From Euprymna scolopes (lineage: Eukaryota): 64,000 bases of DNA. The stretch lies in NCBI GenBank assembly GCA_053919585.1, contig CM132792.1. One strand, written 5' to 3'. A model generated the notes under the pieces. It searched no databases. It had not been told where the DNA came from and saw nothing but the letters and a program-made list of their open reading frames with translations. Below, piece after piece: positions 61,418-64,000 of this stretch (position 1 is the first letter of the stretch; every line of letters starts with the position of its first letter). A program made the position numbers and the translations under genes.

Positions 61418-63453
61418 ATTGGAGTAAATTTTTACCTGGTTTCCACCTTAAAATTTTCATTTAAAATGACGACTTTTAGTGGTTGTCAAGTATGCTGAAA
61501 ACGAATATTGCATTTAAATTTTCCACAAATAAGCAGTTTTCCGGATATTAAGCTATATCATCTCCATATATAATATTTTAATTGCAGAAATTCCCCTTTG
61601 GACCAAAATATTGTAGGTTTGCAACAACAGATGCCACATACAAAATTTATTATGACTAGACTGTTATCTTATGTAACTTTTGAACACTATTTTAGACACA
61701 TTTAGTCGTTATAATAAAATCCTACATTTCATCCTAGGAGCAACATCATCACAATCCAAACCATCTTTAGAGGAAGTAGTTCCTATTTTTCCCTCTAAAT
61801 ATTAAGTCATCCTACTGCCCCCAGTCACCACCCGGAGGAATTCTGCACTTTCGACAGATATGGGGTTTTACCCTTCGTAACTGGATTATAAACTCATAGG
61901 CATAGCATAATCTTTCCCTTTTCCCATTCAAAAATAATAAAATTTCCTCAGACTAATTCCACTCAATCTGATTGGTTGAGCTCTTACCATTCCTATATTT
62001 TGGATTAACGGTATTCGCATGCTAAATGGATGCTAATGTACCATTCAAATATGGCGTCGCAATGATACCTACTTTTGCCCTCTGAATAAATTGCTACACC
62101 CATTTTCTTACATTTTACGGCATAAATTCACATTCATCTCCTCTCTTTCTCCCTCCCTATCCCTCTCTGTATATATTCTTCCCAAATCTTTCTCTCTCTC
62201 TCTCTTTCTCTTTAACTCTCTCTCTCTAGCTTGCTTTTTACATTTCTTTTTATGCTGAAAAGAAAAAAAAATTCACAGCAATGCTGAAGAAAAAAACAAT
62301 AAACATTTATTTTCTCTCTCTTTTGCTTGCTCGCTTTGTACATCTGTTCCAGTAATTAATTATGTTTTTTACAACCATAGTTACGTTTCTTTTTATAAAT
62401 GTACTTTATTTAAACATACCTTATTTAAACCTGCTCAATCTATTATGATCGTCGCGGGTGGGTATGCTGCCAACAATTAACACGGTTAAATTTAGGGGAA
62501 TTATCCCCCCCTAAAAAAGAGGGGGATATCTATTCCTAAAGCTGTTCTTTACATGGGGATGTATATTCCGATCGCCGTTCTTAAGATGAGGAGGTCAGTG
62601 GTGTCTATTCTGAAAGCCGTTTTTAACATGGGGAGTTTGGGATGTCTATTCCCAACGCCGTTCTTAACATAACAAAACTAAAAAAAATGAAGTGAAAAAG
62701 CAATTATTTTGTTTTGCACATAAAAGACGACATAAAACTGGAATTTACTTTAATACTATTGGTTGAAGAGTTGAAAAGAGGAAGACTTGAAAAAAAAAAA
62801 CGGAAACAGCTACAACTGCTAACACTGATTTCGATCAGTCTAAACAGTTCTTATACAGTGAGAATCCCTAACCCCTAAAACTTCTGTTTTTACTTTTCAT
62901 TATTATTCCAATAGACCATTTTTCATAATTTTATTAATTCATACTGATTTACGATTTCCCTTAATTGTTTTTTCTTTTAAATTTAAGCAGTACCTGCATG
63001 CTATATCCCAAAGCAGTGCTAATCGCTAGTAAAAGCCAGATTTTTTCATTTCGGTCACGGCCGCCAGTGTCCACAATTGTTCAAGGACGGCAGTGGGCAC
63101 CAAAAAACAACCGTAGTTTACTTTTTTGCAAAGGTAGGGGCAGGCTTTACCTGGGCAACGCCGGTTAACAGGTCCTGCTAGTTTCTTACATTAGTGCTGG
63201 TGGCCATCTTGGTATATGCAAGCGAGCGCTCTTGCGTATGAACGCAACCCCGAGAAACTATGCGCGTGTTTGTGTGTACCGATATGGTCACTAACACTAA
63301 TATAAAAAATGACATTGCTTAATATCCGGAAAACTACTTATTTGCGGAACATTTAAATGCGATATTCGTTTTCAGCATACCCGAAAACCAACTAAAGTCA
63401 TCTTTTTAAAAGAAAATGTAAAAGTGGAAACTAGGTAAAAATTTACCCAAATG
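61418..63453. mobile_element. About 2-kb non-autonomous DNA transposon with about 135-bp TIRs
   Basis: 61418-61552 is the reverse complement of 63317-63453. Confidence 0.8.
62439..63181 (+). mobile_element. Helitron nested in the 2-kb TIR element
   Basis: A|TCTATT start; CCTGGGCAACGCCGG hairpin plus CTAG|T at 63178-63182. Confidence 0.6.
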
Positions 63454-63493
63454 AATACACATTGATCTGTATTATAGAGTGGAGGATTATTAC

Positions 63494-63673
63494 TAGGGCT
63501 ATGACAAGATAATATTCTTTTTATGGTTTTGACTCTCGAGTATATATCCAACACAGACACATTTAATCCATTGAGCACCCTATCACCCTATATAATAACA
63601 TATAATATATTACCTGATATATACTCGAGAGTCAAAATAATGAAAAGAATATTCTTCTCTTGTCATAGCCCTG
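63494..63673. mobile_element. hAT-like MITE, 8-bp TSD
   Basis: TAGGGCTATGACAAGA...TCTTGTCATAGCCCTG; TSD ATTATTAC / ATGATTAC. Confidence 0.85.
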
Positions 63674-64000
63674 ATGATTACCAGCACAGCAAATTATACC
63701 TTTTTTTTAACCGAATTGATTAGGGGAAACCGTAGTAAGAAAAACAAACTAATCAATTAATAAAAATAAAAATAATAAAAAAACAATAATGTTATAAATT
63801 AATACGTTTATTTCTCTGTCCCCAAACACTGTTCAAGTTAATCTCCTACGAGTCTCAAACGACAACAAAAGAACCAATCGGAATGGCTACAACAGCAGAC
63901 GACAACGAAGACGGTGTCATAAAAAGTCGTTTATTTCTCACACCTTCTCGTCATTTTGTAGGGTAATAACTGTCAACGCCAGGAAACACAAAACGAACAG

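Noticed and set aside
63860-63967. CCAAT followed by a 27-codon ATG ORF, possible start of the next gene
   Set aside because: Too short and at the window edge; no recognisable protein similarity

Overview
AT-rich, repeat-dense eukaryotic (invertebrate metazoan) DNA; the CR1 motifs look cnidarian/Hydra-like to me, but I cannot verify the taxon. It contains one complete host gene, a + strand wee1 kinase assembled by hand from 10 coding exons (5796-55931; 2064 nt, 687 aa; all introns GT-AG and phase-consistent; intron 1 is about 29.4 kb). Its upstream region has three CACGTG E-boxes and an E2F-like site. The rest is transposon-derived: degraded CR1-group and RTE LINEs, a solo LTR with a 5-bp TSD, fold-back MITEs (Mutator-like, hAT-like, Merlin-like, Tc1/mariner-derived), non-autonomous Helitrons (tandem and nested), 5S rRNA-derived SINE heads, Penelope-type repeats with minimal hammerhead ribozyme motifs, a U2 snRNA fragment and a 33-bp minisatellite. 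The most unusual signal is that several divergent Helitrons each carry a co-oriented tRNA-gene-like Pol III cassette (AT-rich/TATA-like box, A box, B box, T-run). Most short ORFs in the supplied track are spurious. All calls were made by eye without database searches, and TE superfamily labels are provisional.
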